52,199 nt of DNA from Clostridia bacterium (GTDB taxonomy: Bacteria > Bacillota > Clostridia > Oscillospirales > Acutalibacteraceae). The DNA is taken from NCBI GenBank assembly GCA_024404755.1, contig JAKSPN010000001.1, forward strand, positions 1-52,199. Direction: 5' to 3'. Under the pieces are notes generated by a model. The model was not told where the DNA came from and ran no database searches. It worked only from the letters and a program-made list of their open reading frames with translations. Position 1 is the first letter of the stretch; the number at the start of each line of letters is the position of its first letter. Positions 7,561 through 16,291 of the stretch are shown here, one piece after another. A program made the position numbers and the translations under genes.

Positions 7561-9312
7561 TTAGAAAGACTCAATGAGTCCCGCCAAGAACTTGCGAATC
7601 TGCAACACGTCTTTCATATTCACCGCGCCGTCTTGAGTCACGTCGGCGGCGGTCATATCGATTGCCGTTTGAAGGTTCGCCAAGAATTTACGCATCACGA
7701 GAACGTCTTTCATATTCACCGCGCCGTCCGCGTTCGCATCGCCGAGAAGCACCGCCGGCACACTCGGGTCGGTAGACGGCGTTGTCGGGTCGGTTTCGAC
7801 CGGCTCGGTCGCGGTGGTGGTGACTTTGTACGGGTTGCGGTACACTTTCACCCAGATGCCGCGCATATCGAGACAGTTCGATCCGCGGTCGCACGCGAGG
7901 AACAGCGTATTGGTCTTCGCACTCATATTGTCCTCGCTGCCGTTTCGCGTGAAGTCGATGGGTTTGCGAATATAAGAAATCACCTGCGGCGGGAAGCCGA
8001 CAAAGAAGTTTTGGACAACGGTACCGTTCGGATAATCTTGTTTATCCGCCCAAATGTCGCGGCCGCGGCTGTCGATGAGGCAGGGATAGAAGTTATCCGA
8101 CATAATGGCAACGCCCATCACCATCACTTCATAATACTCGCCCTGTTCGGGATCGATCGGACCGTTTTTCTCATAGTCGGCAACAAGCGCCTCAGACAAG
8201 CCCTCGAATTTGATGGCGACGCCGTTGGAGGTCGTGTCGAAATACTCGTCCATACCCATACGGCGATAGAGTTCGGTTTCGGTCAGTTCGTAGGTGATTT
8301 GCGTGGTCGTCTGCTCTTCGCCGGAGGTGCGGACGTATTGCGTGGTGGTGGCGTTTTCGTCAATCGAGCCGTGGGTCGTGCGCTCCGGCACGTTGCCCGC
8401 GAGTTTGTAGAACGAACGGTTTTGGTGAATCGCCATACCGTACGGAATCGACAGATTTTTCTCGTCGAGAATCTCAAACACGCCGTCGATCACCTCGAAC
8501 AACTTCTCTTTGTTGGAGTCGTGGAAGTCCACGCCGTCCTCGCCGGAGTTGTCGGTTTCCACGCCGTAAGTAATCGGGCAACCGTATTTGATGGCGGCGG
8601 TCAGGCACTCGTCACCGCAGGAGACCACTTTGTCCGCCCGCACGCGGTAGGACATTAAGCTCATCGTGTCGGTGTATTTCGCCAAGATGTTGAACAGACC
8701 GGTCACGCCTTCATAGGTCAGCGAAGCACCGCCGCGTTTTTCCCAGTTGACGTTCACGTCCACGTCGCACCAGATGCCCGCTTCGCGCAGTTCCTGCAGC
8801 GGCGCGATGAAGTAATCGACAAACGCTTGGGTCGGACGGCCGCCGGACGGCTCCATATCAAAGTGCATACCGTAAACGGCATCTTTCGGGTATTCCTCTT
8901 TGTAGGCGAGAAAGCCGTCTTTGATTTTTCCGGTCAAATAGGACGTATCGCCGTCTTTGAGATCCGCCCAACCGTCATACATAATGGCAACGCGGCAACC
9001 GTGAGCCATCGCTTTTTGGACAAAACCGTGCAGTTTCTCGCGGTTGCCCTCGGTCGTCAGGTAGTCGTAGCCGTAGAAATAAATCTCGTTGACACCCGAT
9101 TGTTGGTACAGCGACAGATATTTCTCGCACTCCGTCTCGTTAAAAGCATCTTGCGGCCACCACCACCAAGAGCCAAGGCGATGCTCCGCGGCGATTTCCG
9201 CGCCGCTCGCGGCGTTGGAGGTCATGGCAATCAGCGGCAGAGAGAAGATAATCATCACAGCCGCCAAAATCAGCGCCACAATCCGGGCAACTTTACCCCG
9301 TTTTCCGGTCAT
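7561..9312 (-). CDS. secreted dockerin-containing protein with the same unrecognised GH18-like core as 2651-7279
   Basis: Signal peptide MTGKRGKVARIVALILAAVMIIFSLPLIAMTSNAASG. Core motifs SWWWW, EIYFYG, YGMHFDMEP, LMSYR, YGVETD and MAIHQNRSF. A Thr/Pro linker precedes the C-terminal dockerin. Confidence 0.85.
   Translation of the reverse strand: MTGKRGKVARIVALILAAVMIIFSLPLIAMTSNAASGAEIAAEHRLGSWWWWPQDAFNETECEKYLSLYQQSGVNEIYFYGYDYLTTEGNREKLHGFVQKAMAHGCRVAIMYDGWADLKDGDTSYLTGKIKDGFLAYKEEYPKDAVYGMHFDMEPSGGRPTQAFVDYFIAPLQELREAGIWCDVDVNVNWEKRGGASLTYEGVTGLFNILAKYTDTMSLMSYRVRADKVVSCGDECLTAAIKYGCPITYGVETDNSGEDGVDFHDSNKEKLFEVIDGVFEILDEKNLSIPYGMAIHQNRSFYKLAGNVPERTTHGSIDENATTTQYVRTSGEEQTTTQITYELTETELYRRMGMDEYFDTTSNGVAIKFEGLSEALVADYEKNGPIDPEQGEYYEVMVMGVAIMSDNFYPCLIDSRGRDIWADKQDYPNGTVVQNFFVGFPPQVISYIRKPIDFTRNGSEDNMSAKTNTLFLACDRGSNCLDMRGIWVKVYRNPYKVTTTATEPVETDPTTPSTDPSVPAVLLGDANADGAVNMKDVLVMRKFLANLQTAIDMTAADVTQDGAVNMKDVLQIRKFLAGLIESF
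7564..7752 (-). other. type-I-like dockerin module (two Ca-binding repeats)
   Basis: DANADGAVNMKDVLVMRKFL and DVTQDGAVNMKDVLQIRKFL. These are two copies of the D.(N/T).DG.(V/I)N..D F-hand pattern that defines dockerins. Confidence 0.85.
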
Positions 9313-9386
9313 CGGTCATACACTCCTTAAAAGTTTTCATTCGCATAGATTTGCGGTATATATACTACCATTTTTCCGGTACTCTG

Positions 9387-10238
9387 TCAACCGCAATTCG
9401 ACAAATCTCCGCAATTTCGGCTGTAAAGCGGTTGTTCTTTACACGTAACTCCCCCGCCGGCCCACAACGCCGCCGCAAAGCCGCACAACCCGCACAACAC
9501 GGCGACAGCGCCGGTTTTGTCCGCCGAAAGCGGCGGGAGTACGGGCACGACCGATGCCGCCACAAAGCCGGTTACGGCGGCGTTCATCGCATCAAAAAAG
9601 CGGGTGTAAAGGAAGTTCACTATACAGACAAGTATCGCCGCCACTGCCGCGAATCCCACGGCAAACGGCAACAAACCGCGCCAATTCTCACCCGCTATGA
9701 CCGCGAGCACGCCTTCGTACGCGCCCATCGACAACAAAATGCACGAAGCGCTCACGCCGGGCACTACGGTGCCGAGCGCGTAGATGCCGCCGCACAAAAC
9801 GAACGCGCCAAACGTCGCGGGCGCGCCCATTCGCGGGAACAGATGACCGTAAAAGAGCAAAAGCCCCGCCGCAAACGCCGCGGCGGTCAGCCCCCACGCC
9901 CGCACGCGATGCCGTTGCGGCGCGGAAGCACCCGCAATGAGCGTGGCAAGGATAATTCCCGCGACGGCACACCGCATTTCGGCGGGAAACGCCTCAAACA
10001 GCCGCAAAAGTGCCCGCCCGAACGCGAGAATACCGCCCGCGATACCGAGCGCGAGCAAACAGAGCGTTTTGCCGTTTTGTCTAAGCGCTTTCAGCGGGTG
10101 CGCGGCGGCAAACAACAACGGCTCGTAGTAGCCGAACGAGGCGGCGAGCGCTCCCCCGCTGACTCCCGGCGCAATTCCGAGTGCGCCGATGGCTACCCCG
10201 CAAAACAGCGGGCGCAAAAACGATGCGTTTCGTGTCAT
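9387..10238 (-). CDS. DUF368-family membrane protein (family recently linked to polyprenyl-phosphate translocation)
   Basis: Polytopic hydrophobic protein carrying the duplicated PGVSGG / PGVSAS motif typical of DUF368. Start set at ATG 10238, which has GGAGGA 6 nt upstream. Confidence 0.7.
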   Translation of the reverse strand: MTRNASFLRPLFCGVAIGALGIAPGVSGGALAASFGYYEPLLFAAAHPLKALRQNGKTLCLLALGIAGGILAFGRALLRLFEAFPAEMRCAVAGIILATLIAGASAPQRHRVRAWGLTAAAFAAGLLLFYGHLFPRMGAPATFGAFVLCGGIYALGTVVPGVSASCILLSMGAYEGVLAVIAGENWRGLLPFAVGFAAVAAILVCIVNFLYTRFFDAMNAAVTGFVAASVVPVLPPLSADKTGAVAVLCGLCGFAAALWAGGGVTCKEQPLYSRNCGDLSNCG

Positions 10239-10274
10239 ACACATTCCTCCCGCTTTTGTATATGCAGAAAAACG

Positions 10275-10305
10275 CAAAAAAGCACCTCAAACGAGGTGCT
10301 TTTTA
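10275..10305. terminator. bidirectional rho-independent terminator downstream of rnpB
   Basis: AAAAAAGCACCTC-AAAC-GAGGTGCTTTTT: a perfect 7-bp stem flanked by A and T runs. Confidence 0.7.
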
Positions 10306-10308
10306 AGC

Positions 10309-10636
10309 GTGAGTGAGTCTGTAAGCCGGGTTCTGTCTTGAATAGTCATCTATCTCGACCGTTCGTTGCCGAACGGCTCAAGCCGCCTTTCAAAGCACGT
10401 CGGGTCAACGTATCGCTTTTGTCGGCGTTGCATCGGATAGGGTTTGCAGGGCCACACAGTCTCCTGTGCGCCGGTGAGCTCTTACCTCGCCTTTCCACCC
10501 TTACCCGCAAAGCGGGCGGTATCTCTCTGTTGCACTTTCCCTAAGGTCACCCTCGGCGGCCGTTAGCCGTTATCCTGCCCTGTGATGCCCGGACTTTCCT
10601 CATACCCGAAGGTACGCGACTATCCGGCTCACTCAC
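10309..10636 (-). ncRNA. rnpB: RNase P RNA, bacterial class A
   Basis: The minus strand contains GAGGAAAGTCCGGGC (P4 5' strand), AGTGCAACAGAGAG, GGTAAGGGTGGAAAGGCGAGGTAAGAGCTCACCGG and ACAGAACCCGGCTTA (P4 3' strand). The 5' GTGAGTGAG pairs with the 3' CTCACTCAC to form P1. Confidence 0.92.
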
Positions 10637-10644
10637 AGAGAGTG

Positions 10645-10673
10645 AGTATAGCCGATTTTTCGCGTTTTGTCAA
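10645..10673 (-). promoter_or_regulatory. consensus promoter of rnpB
   Basis: Minus strand reads TTGACA, a 17-nt spacer, then TATACT, ending 8 nt before the P1 helix. The -35 element overlaps the PBP stop codon (10670-10672). Confidence 0.65.
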
Positions 10674-12274
10674 CCGTTTGTTTGCAAAGACCGCAAATAC
10701 AACGCGTCGCAAATCTCTTGGAACACCGGCGCGGCGCTTTCTTCCCGCGCTTCGCTGTTTTCGCAAAGCACCGTCACCACGTATTGCGGACGCTCCGCCG
10801 GAAAGAAGCCGGTAAACCAATGCTGAACGACCTCTTTACCGTCTTCCACCCAGCCGGTTTCCGCCGTTCCCGTTTTGGCGGCGGCGGGCAGGTAATACGG
10901 CTGACCTTTGGCACCCGTTCCCTCCTCCATCGTGTACACCATCATCGGATAGAGCGTTTTGGCAGTCTCTTTCGAGAATACCTCCTGCGCGGGCGACGGA
11001 TCGGCTTTTGTAAAGTTGCCGTTTTCGTCCACCGTTCCCGCCACGAGTGTCGGGCGGTAAATCGCCCCGCCGTTCACTATTGCGGCAGCCAGTTGCGCCA
11101 CGTGCAGCGGCGTTGCAAGCAGTTCCCCCTGCCCGAACGCGAGGTTACACAGCGCCGCATCCGACGATTTAAGCGTTTTAAGCGACGGCAAGGTTGCCCG
11201 CGCGGTAGAAAGCCCCGGCGCGGGAGTCCACGCGCGGTCTAACCCGAACGCCACCGCCATATCGTAAACCGGCTCTGCCCCGACGGAAAGCGCCAACTGG
11301 ATATAGTAGGGGTTGCAGGACTTGGCGAACGCCTCTTTCATATCGAGCGTGCCGTGTCCGAGGATATAGTGACAGCGAAAAAAGTTCCCGCCGAGCCCGT
11401 AACCGCCGTTGCAGGTGAATTCCGTTTCGGGCGAAGCGCCCGCTTCAAGCGCCGCCGATGCGGTCACGATTTTGAACACCGATCCGCAGTTATAGTCCGC
11501 AAACGCGCGGTTGAGAAGCGGCGCGTTGTCCGCCGAAAGCACCGCCTCCACGCCGTTTGGCTGATAGGTCGGCACGCTGGCGAGCGCGCGAATCTCCCCC
11601 GTCGGCTCCATCACCACCACCGCGCCGCAAGTCATTTTTTCGGCGGCGTGCTCGGCGATTTGCTGAATGGCGCTGTCAATAGTCAGCACCACCCCGCCCT
11701 TGCATTTTGCGGTGGTATCGGTCACCGTCGGCGCCGTTCCCGCCACCGGCTTTCCGGCGGCATCCACCGCATACGTCACCTCCACCGCGCCCGCATACGA
11801 CGTAAGCAGGTCGTCAAACGCGTACTCGATGCCGCACACCCCGCCGTTTTCGTTGCAATACCCGAGCACGTGCGGCGCAATCGTTTGTCCCGCATACCGT
11901 ATCGGCAGGGTTTTAAGCGTGACCCCGTCGCACAGCGCAAGCGGCGTATCGCTTTTGACGGCAATCGGCTTGTCGCTTGCAAGCCGTTCCAACAGTTCCG
12001 CCGCCTCCGGCTTTGAAAACGAAGACCTCACCATCGCTTTTGCCTTTTCGGTGGGCGCGATGGCGGCCACGTAACCGAAATCCCGATTGACGAGCGCCCG
12101 CCGGTTGCAGTCGTAAATCGTGCCCCGCGCCGTGCCGAGCGTGACCGTAGCGGTCGCTTGGGCAACGGCGGCTTCTTTCAGTTCCGGCTCGTTTTGAAGG
12201 GTCACCACCCGCCACGTACAAACGCCGAGCAAAAGACACAACGTAACAGCAAACGATACCACACGCAATTTCAT
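10670..12274 (-). CDS. class B penicillin-binding protein (peptidoglycan D,D-transpeptidase, FtsI/SpoVD-like)
   Basis: N-terminal membrane anchor. SVFK (SxxK) and KTGTAE (KTG) transpeptidase motifs. No PASTA domains. Confidence 0.88.
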   Translation of the reverse strand: MKLRVVSFAVTLCLLLGVCTWRVVTLQNEPELKEAAVAQATATVTLGTARGTIYDCNRRALVNRDFGYVAAIAPTEKAKAMVRSSFSKPEAAELLERLASDKPIAVKSDTPLALCDGVTLKTLPIRYAGQTIAPHVLGYCNENGGVCGIEYAFDDLLTSYAGAVEVTYAVDAAGKPVAGTAPTVTDTTAKCKGGVVLTIDSAIQQIAEHAAEKMTCGAVVVMEPTGEIRALASVPTYQPNGVEAVLSADNAPLLNRAFADYNCGSVFKIVTASAALEAGASPETEFTCNGGYGLGGNFFRCHYILGHGTLDMKEAFAKSCNPYYIQLALSVGAEPVYDMAVAFGLDRAWTPAPGLSTARATLPSLKTLKSSDAALCNLAFGQGELLATPLHVAQLAAAIVNGGAIYRPTLVAGTVDENGNFTKADPSPAQEVFSKETAKTLYPMMVYTMEEGTGAKGQPYYLPAAAKTGTAETGWVEDGKEVVQHWFTGFFPAERPQYVVTVLCENSEAREESAAPVFQEICDALYLRSLQTNG

Positions 12275-12334
12275 AAAAAAATCCTCCCGTTCACGGGTTA
12301 GGTTGCCCGCAAACGAGAGGATTTAATCGGTAAT

Positions 12335-14014
12335 TTAGTCCGCGTATACGCCGATGTCGTAGCGATAGCAAATCGCCATATGCTCGTCGAACGTTTCGGA
12401 ATAGTAGGTGACCGTCGGGTCAACGCTCGTATCCGTGGCGAAGTAGAAGCAGTTGATGATATCGTTGTCATCGTTGGGATACGCCACCGCACGCAGCGCC
12501 GCCAGACCCGGGTTGCTGATAGGTCCGGTGGGAAGTCCCTCGCAGATATAAGTGCTGTATGCTTGGAAGCTCGGGTTTTCTTTGCCTGCGCCCGGCTGGA
12601 AGTTCTCGACGTACTCGGTGGTAACGTCGGATTGCAGGTGCGGGAACTCGGCAGGACTGCCGAGACGGTTGTGGAACACACGGGCGATTTTCGCCATATC
12701 CACCGTGTTGTCCGCTTCCATTTGCACCACCGAAGCCAGCGTAACCGCTTCGTCCAGCGTAAGGCCCATGGCTTTGATACCGGTTTTCAGTTTGGTATCC
12801 ACACGGGTATCGAAGTTGTCGAAGAATTTTTCAAGCACCGCTTCCGGACTGCATTGTTTATAGAACGTGTAGGTATCCGGGAACAGATAACCCTCCAACC
12901 GATAGATACGGTACGGATGGTCGGTGCCGGCACCTACGTCGGGAATGGCGGCGATGAAGTCGTAATCCGAATAGTCGCCCTCTTCGAGTTCGGTGAGGAA
13001 TTCCTGCGAGCCGCAGACCTCGTTTTCTTCGAGCAGTTTGGCGATTTCGAGGACGTTGTAGCCCTCGGGGATGGTCACGTCCACCGTTTCACGCTCACCG
13101 ACGGATTGCAAATCGGAGATGATGCCCTGATAGCCCTCGTTGGAGGCGAGCGTAAACACGCCCGACTGATACTGTCCGTCGGCGTGGGTGAATTTCGAGA
13201 ACAAACGGAACAACAGCGGATGGGACACGAGTCCGTTATCGTGGAGCACTTCCGCCACCTGCTTGGTGTTCGCGCCGCGCGGAATGGCAACGTCCACCTC
13301 GCGCTCGGATTTGTTAAGACCCAGCATATCCAGCGCACCGGTCACGCCGATAAACGCCAACACACAGGACACCGCCAACACACACACGAGATAGAAAATC
13401 ATACCCATGCAAGAGAGGCGTTTGCGCTCTTCTTCCTCGTATTCTTCCCACTCGTCGATGTGGACGGGCGCATTCGGGTCAAGCGGCTCTTCCTCGTCTT
13501 CCTCGTCGAGAATGCGCACCGGCGCGTTCGGGTCAACCTCGACCTCCGGCGCGACTTCCGGCGCGGCGGCGATTTCCGCGGCCGCTTCCGGCGCAGTTTC
13601 TTCGTCAAGCGTTTCCGCTTCGTCCGCAACCGTCACTTCGTCCGTTTCTTCTAAAACGGGCGTTTCGACCGGACGTTCCCATTCGCCGATATCGCCTTCT
13701 TTGTCCATCTTGGCGGCGACGGCGGCGGCAATGGCGTTCACCGCATCGGGGGATTTTTGAACGGGTTGTTCCTCTTCCTCCTCCGCTTTCGCCGCATACC
13801 GATTAACCGCCGACGGCACAGTATGGATTGCGGGCTCGCTCTCCGCCGTGTTGCGAAGCGGCGGGGCTTTACGCTTCGGCGTAAACTCCACCGGCGCATC
13901 CATCGCATCAGGGCTGATGTTCAGGCGGAAACCCGCCACTTTTTCTTTCCGTTCCCGGGCGGCACGTTCCGCCTCCGTTTCAAACGGGCTTTGTCCGTTG
14001 TCAAATTCGCTCAC
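12335..14014 (-). CDS. mltG: endolytic murein transglycosylase MltG (YceG family) with a long acidic N-terminal extension
   Basis: The C-terminal ~330 aa carry YceG hallmarks (YRLEGYLFPDTY, single TM CMGMIFYLVCVLAVSCVLAFIGV). GTG start with GAGAGGAG RBS. Confidence 0.85.
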   Translation of the reverse strand: MSEFDNGQSPFETEAERAARERKEKVAGFRLNISPDAMDAPVEFTPKRKAPPLRNTAESEPAIHTVPSAVNRYAAKAEEEEEQPVQKSPDAVNAIAAAVAAKMDKEGDIGEWERPVETPVLEETDEVTVADEAETLDEETAPEAAAEIAAAPEVAPEVEVDPNAPVRILDEEDEEEPLDPNAPVHIDEWEEYEEEERKRLSCMGMIFYLVCVLAVSCVLAFIGVTGALDMLGLNKSEREVDVAIPRGANTKQVAEVLHDNGLVSHPLLFRLFSKFTHADGQYQSGVFTLASNEGYQGIISDLQSVGERETVDVTIPEGYNVLEIAKLLEENEVCGSQEFLTELEEGDYSDYDFIAAIPDVGAGTDHPYRIYRLEGYLFPDTYTFYKQCSPEAVLEKFFDNFDTRVDTKLKTGIKAMGLTLDEAVTLASVVQMEADNTVDMAKIARVFHNRLGSPAEFPHLQSDVTTEYVENFQPGAGKENPSFQAYSTYICEGLPTGPISNPGLAALRAVAYPNDDNDIINCFYFATDTSVDPTVTYYSETFDEHMAICYRYDIGVYAD

Positions 14015-14059
14015 AGAAAGACACTCCTCTCGGTGTATGTTGAAAGAATGAAATCAAAT

Positions 14060-14599
14060 TTATTCGCATTGCAACGCGCTTTTGACCGTGTCGGCCACGT
14101 CCGCGCCTTTGAGATAGGCAAGCAGCGCCAACGCAAACGGAAGCGCCGCACCCGCGCCTTTGCCGGTCACCACGTTGCCGTCGGTCACGGCAAGGTCGTC
14201 GCAAAGCGTTGCGCCCGTAAGCTCGCTTTCAAACCCCGGAAAGCAGGTCGCGCGTTTGCCTTTGAGCAAACCGTTGTGCCCGAGCACCGACGGCGCGGCG
14301 CAAATCGCGGCGATGAGCGCGCCTTTTTCGTTGGCGGCGGCCAGCGCTTTTTTCACCGTTTCGGACGCGTCGAGGTTTTTCGTGCCCGGCATACCGCCCG
14401 GAAGCACCACGCCGGAAAGCGCGGCAAAATCCACCTCGTCTTCGCTCAAATCGGCGGTAACGGGAATGTGGTGACTGCCGGTGACGGTTTTGCCGCCGAT
14501 GCCGACGGTTTTCACGTCCACACCGCCGCGACGAAGCACGTCCACGGGCGTGAGCGCTTCCACTTCTTCAAATCCGTTTGCCAAAAACACGTAAATCAT
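14060..14599 (-). CDS. DJ-1/PfpI family protein
   Basis: MIYVFLANGFEEVEAL and the nucleophile elbow AAICAAPSVL, typical of the DJ-1/ThiJ/YajL family. Confidence 0.85.
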   Translation of the reverse strand: MIYVFLANGFEEVEALTPVDVLRRGGVDVKTVGIGGKTVTGSHHIPVTADLSEDEVDFAALSGVVLPGGMPGTKNLDASETVKKALAAANEKGALIAAICAAPSVLGHNGLLKGKRATCFPGFESELTGATLCDDLAVTDGNVVTGKGAGAALPFALALLAYLKGADVADTVKSALQCE

Positions 14600-14657
14600 C
14601 TGTTTTTCCTCCGAAATTCGGTGTAAAGCGCTTCGCCATTACACCGCATAAACTCGC

Positions 14658-15311
14658 TTAAACAAAGGGTTTCAGCCACTCCATCAGCGACTCGGTTACC
14701 GCTTCAATCGAAAACGGTTTGTCGCCCTCGCCGCAGGGAATGACCGTCCAGTTCCACCGTTTGGCGGCATAAAGCGCGGCCTCGCGGCAGGTTTCTAAAA
14801 ACTTGACGTTCCGTTCGTGCAGGTCTTTTTTGGATTCGTCGCCGTCGTACCGTTCGGTCATCAGCCGTTGGGACACGGCAAGCGGCATATCGAGAAAACA
14901 CACCGCATCGGGGCGCGGAAGCCCCAATTTTTCGTACTCGTAATCCTCCATCCAGTCGAGGAACGCATCCCACGTTTCGCGGGGCGAACGCGCCAACTGG
15001 TAAATCGCGTTGGAGGTGGTATAGCGGGCGGCCACAATGAGTTTGCCCGCCTCATAGTCTTCTTTCCAGAACTTTTGGAAACTCGCGTAACGGTCCACCG
15101 CGTAAAACGACGATGCGGCAAAGGGGCTCGCATCCTCACCGAACTCCCCCGCCAGATATTGCTTCACAAGCGCGGACGACGGCTGTTCGTAGTCGGGAAA
15201 CGAGATTTCCCGAAACTCCACGCCCATGTCGGCAAGCCGCGCGCGGATTTGTTCGAGCTGGGTGGATTTTCCGCAGCCGTCCAACCCGTCGATAACACAC
15301 AGTTTTCCCAT
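14658..15311 (-). CDS. tmk: thymidylate kinase
   Basis: P-loop GLDGCGKSTQ and a size of 217 aa. The ATG shares one nucleotide with the thyX stop (TAATG). Confidence 0.85.
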   Translation of the reverse strand: MGKLCVIDGLDGCGKSTQLEQIRARLADMGVEFREISFPDYEQPSSALVKQYLAGEFGEDASPFAASSFYAVDRYASFQKFWKEDYEAGKLIVAARYTTSNAIYQLARSPRETWDAFLDWMEDYEYEKLGLPRPDAVCFLDMPLAVSQRLMTERYDGDESKKDLHERNVKFLETCREAALYAAKRWNWTVIPCGEGDKPFSIEAVTESLMEWLKPFV

Positions 15312-16081
15312 TATTTTTGCCCCTTAATCGCGGCGTATTTGGCGCGCACCTCGGCGGTCTTGCCACAGCACATTTTGCCCTCGGGGCACGGGCCGGCGAC
15401 ACACGCGGGGCCGGCTTTGCAGAAAAGCGTCGGCGCAACCTCGACACAGCATTTGAGCATCTGCTCCGCCATTTCGCGGATTTCCCATTGCGCGCGCATA
15501 CAGCAGCGCTGACGGAACATATTTTGGAGACTGCGGGCGTTCATCGTCAAAAGAATCTTGGTGCAGCAGGCGTTCGGAAGCACAAACCGCGCATCTTCAA
15601 TCGCTTTTTTCTCGGCGGCGCGGTGGGCTTCTTTTTCGTCTTTGCCCTCCGCCAAGAACGCGGCTTCGTGTTTTTTCATAAGAATCTCGGTCAACTGCTC
15701 ATAGTGGCGCTGATCCTCTTCCATCGCGGCCAAAAACTCCGCTTTTGCCTCGGGCACCGCCGCGATTTCCGGCGGCAACACGTACTCGAACTGCGCCTCG
15801 CGGACGTAGCGCTGACTTTGCACGCTGTACGAAGCGATGCGGTGGCGGGTGATTTGCGCCAACAGCGAACGGGACACACCCTCGATACCAAACGTAAACG
15901 AGGCGTGCTCCACCGGGCTTTCGTGGCCGAGTTCGGACAACATCTCCACAAACGAGGCCGCTTTCTCCTCGGTCATTTTCTCGCGCAGGTCGTCAATCGA
16001 CGCCGCGGAATAACAAAGCCGCGCCGCGGAAGCAATCGTCTGCTCCGGATGGGGCGTGTAGGTAATCAACGTCACTTTCAT
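15311..16081 (-). CDS. thyX: FAD-dependent thymidylate synthase ThyX, with Cys-rich C-terminal part
   Basis: ThyX signature RHRIASYSVQSQRY, plus the AQWEIR element. Start set at ATG 16081 (MKVTLITYTPHP) with AAGGAAAAGG upstream. The track ORF N-extension has no RBS. Confidence 0.88.
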   Translation of the reverse strand: MKVTLITYTPHPEQTIASAARLCYSAASIDDLREKMTEEKAASFVEMLSELGHESPVEHASFTFGIEGVSRSLLAQITRHRIASYSVQSQRYVREAQFEYVLPPEIAAVPEAKAEFLAAMEEDQRHYEQLTEILMKKHEAAFLAEGKDEKEAHRAAEKKAIEDARFVLPNACCTKILLTMNARSLQNMFRQRCCMRAQWEIREMAEQMLKCCVEVAPTLFCKAGPACVAGPCPEGKMCCGKTAEVRAKYAAIKGQK

Positions 16082-16291
16082 CACAAAAACCGCCTTTTCC
16101 TTTGAATTTTCAATGCAAAAATCACAGAATATTCCAGTCAGAAACAGTATATCAAATTTTATCGGGAATTGCAAGGGATTTTACGAGGATTTTTTACGTT
16201 TATACTTGGCCCATTCCGCCCCGTTTCCCCGCTTTTTCGGCGAATTTTATAAAAATCTACCAATTTTGTCTACATTTTTTCGTTGTCCCTC

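Noticed and set aside
9351-10316. 321-aa Arg-rich plus-strand ORF opposite the DUF368 gene
   Set aside because: Its extreme Arg/Lys/Gln composition is typical of the reverse frame of a hydrophobic GC-rich gene. It also runs into the rnpB terminator.
10338-10820. Several 60-80-aa ORFs at 10338-10544, 10582-10815 and 10629-10820
   Set aside because: The region is mainly explained by RNase P RNA, with some overlap of the PBP 3' end. These ORFs are chance frames.
16082-16174. N-terminal extension of thyX (track start 16174), considered as a possible fused domain or frameshift
   Set aside because: The extension is Phe/Ile-rich sequence translated from the AT-rich promoter region, with no RBS. 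ATG 16081 with an RBS gives the canonical MKVTLI... ThyX N-terminus.
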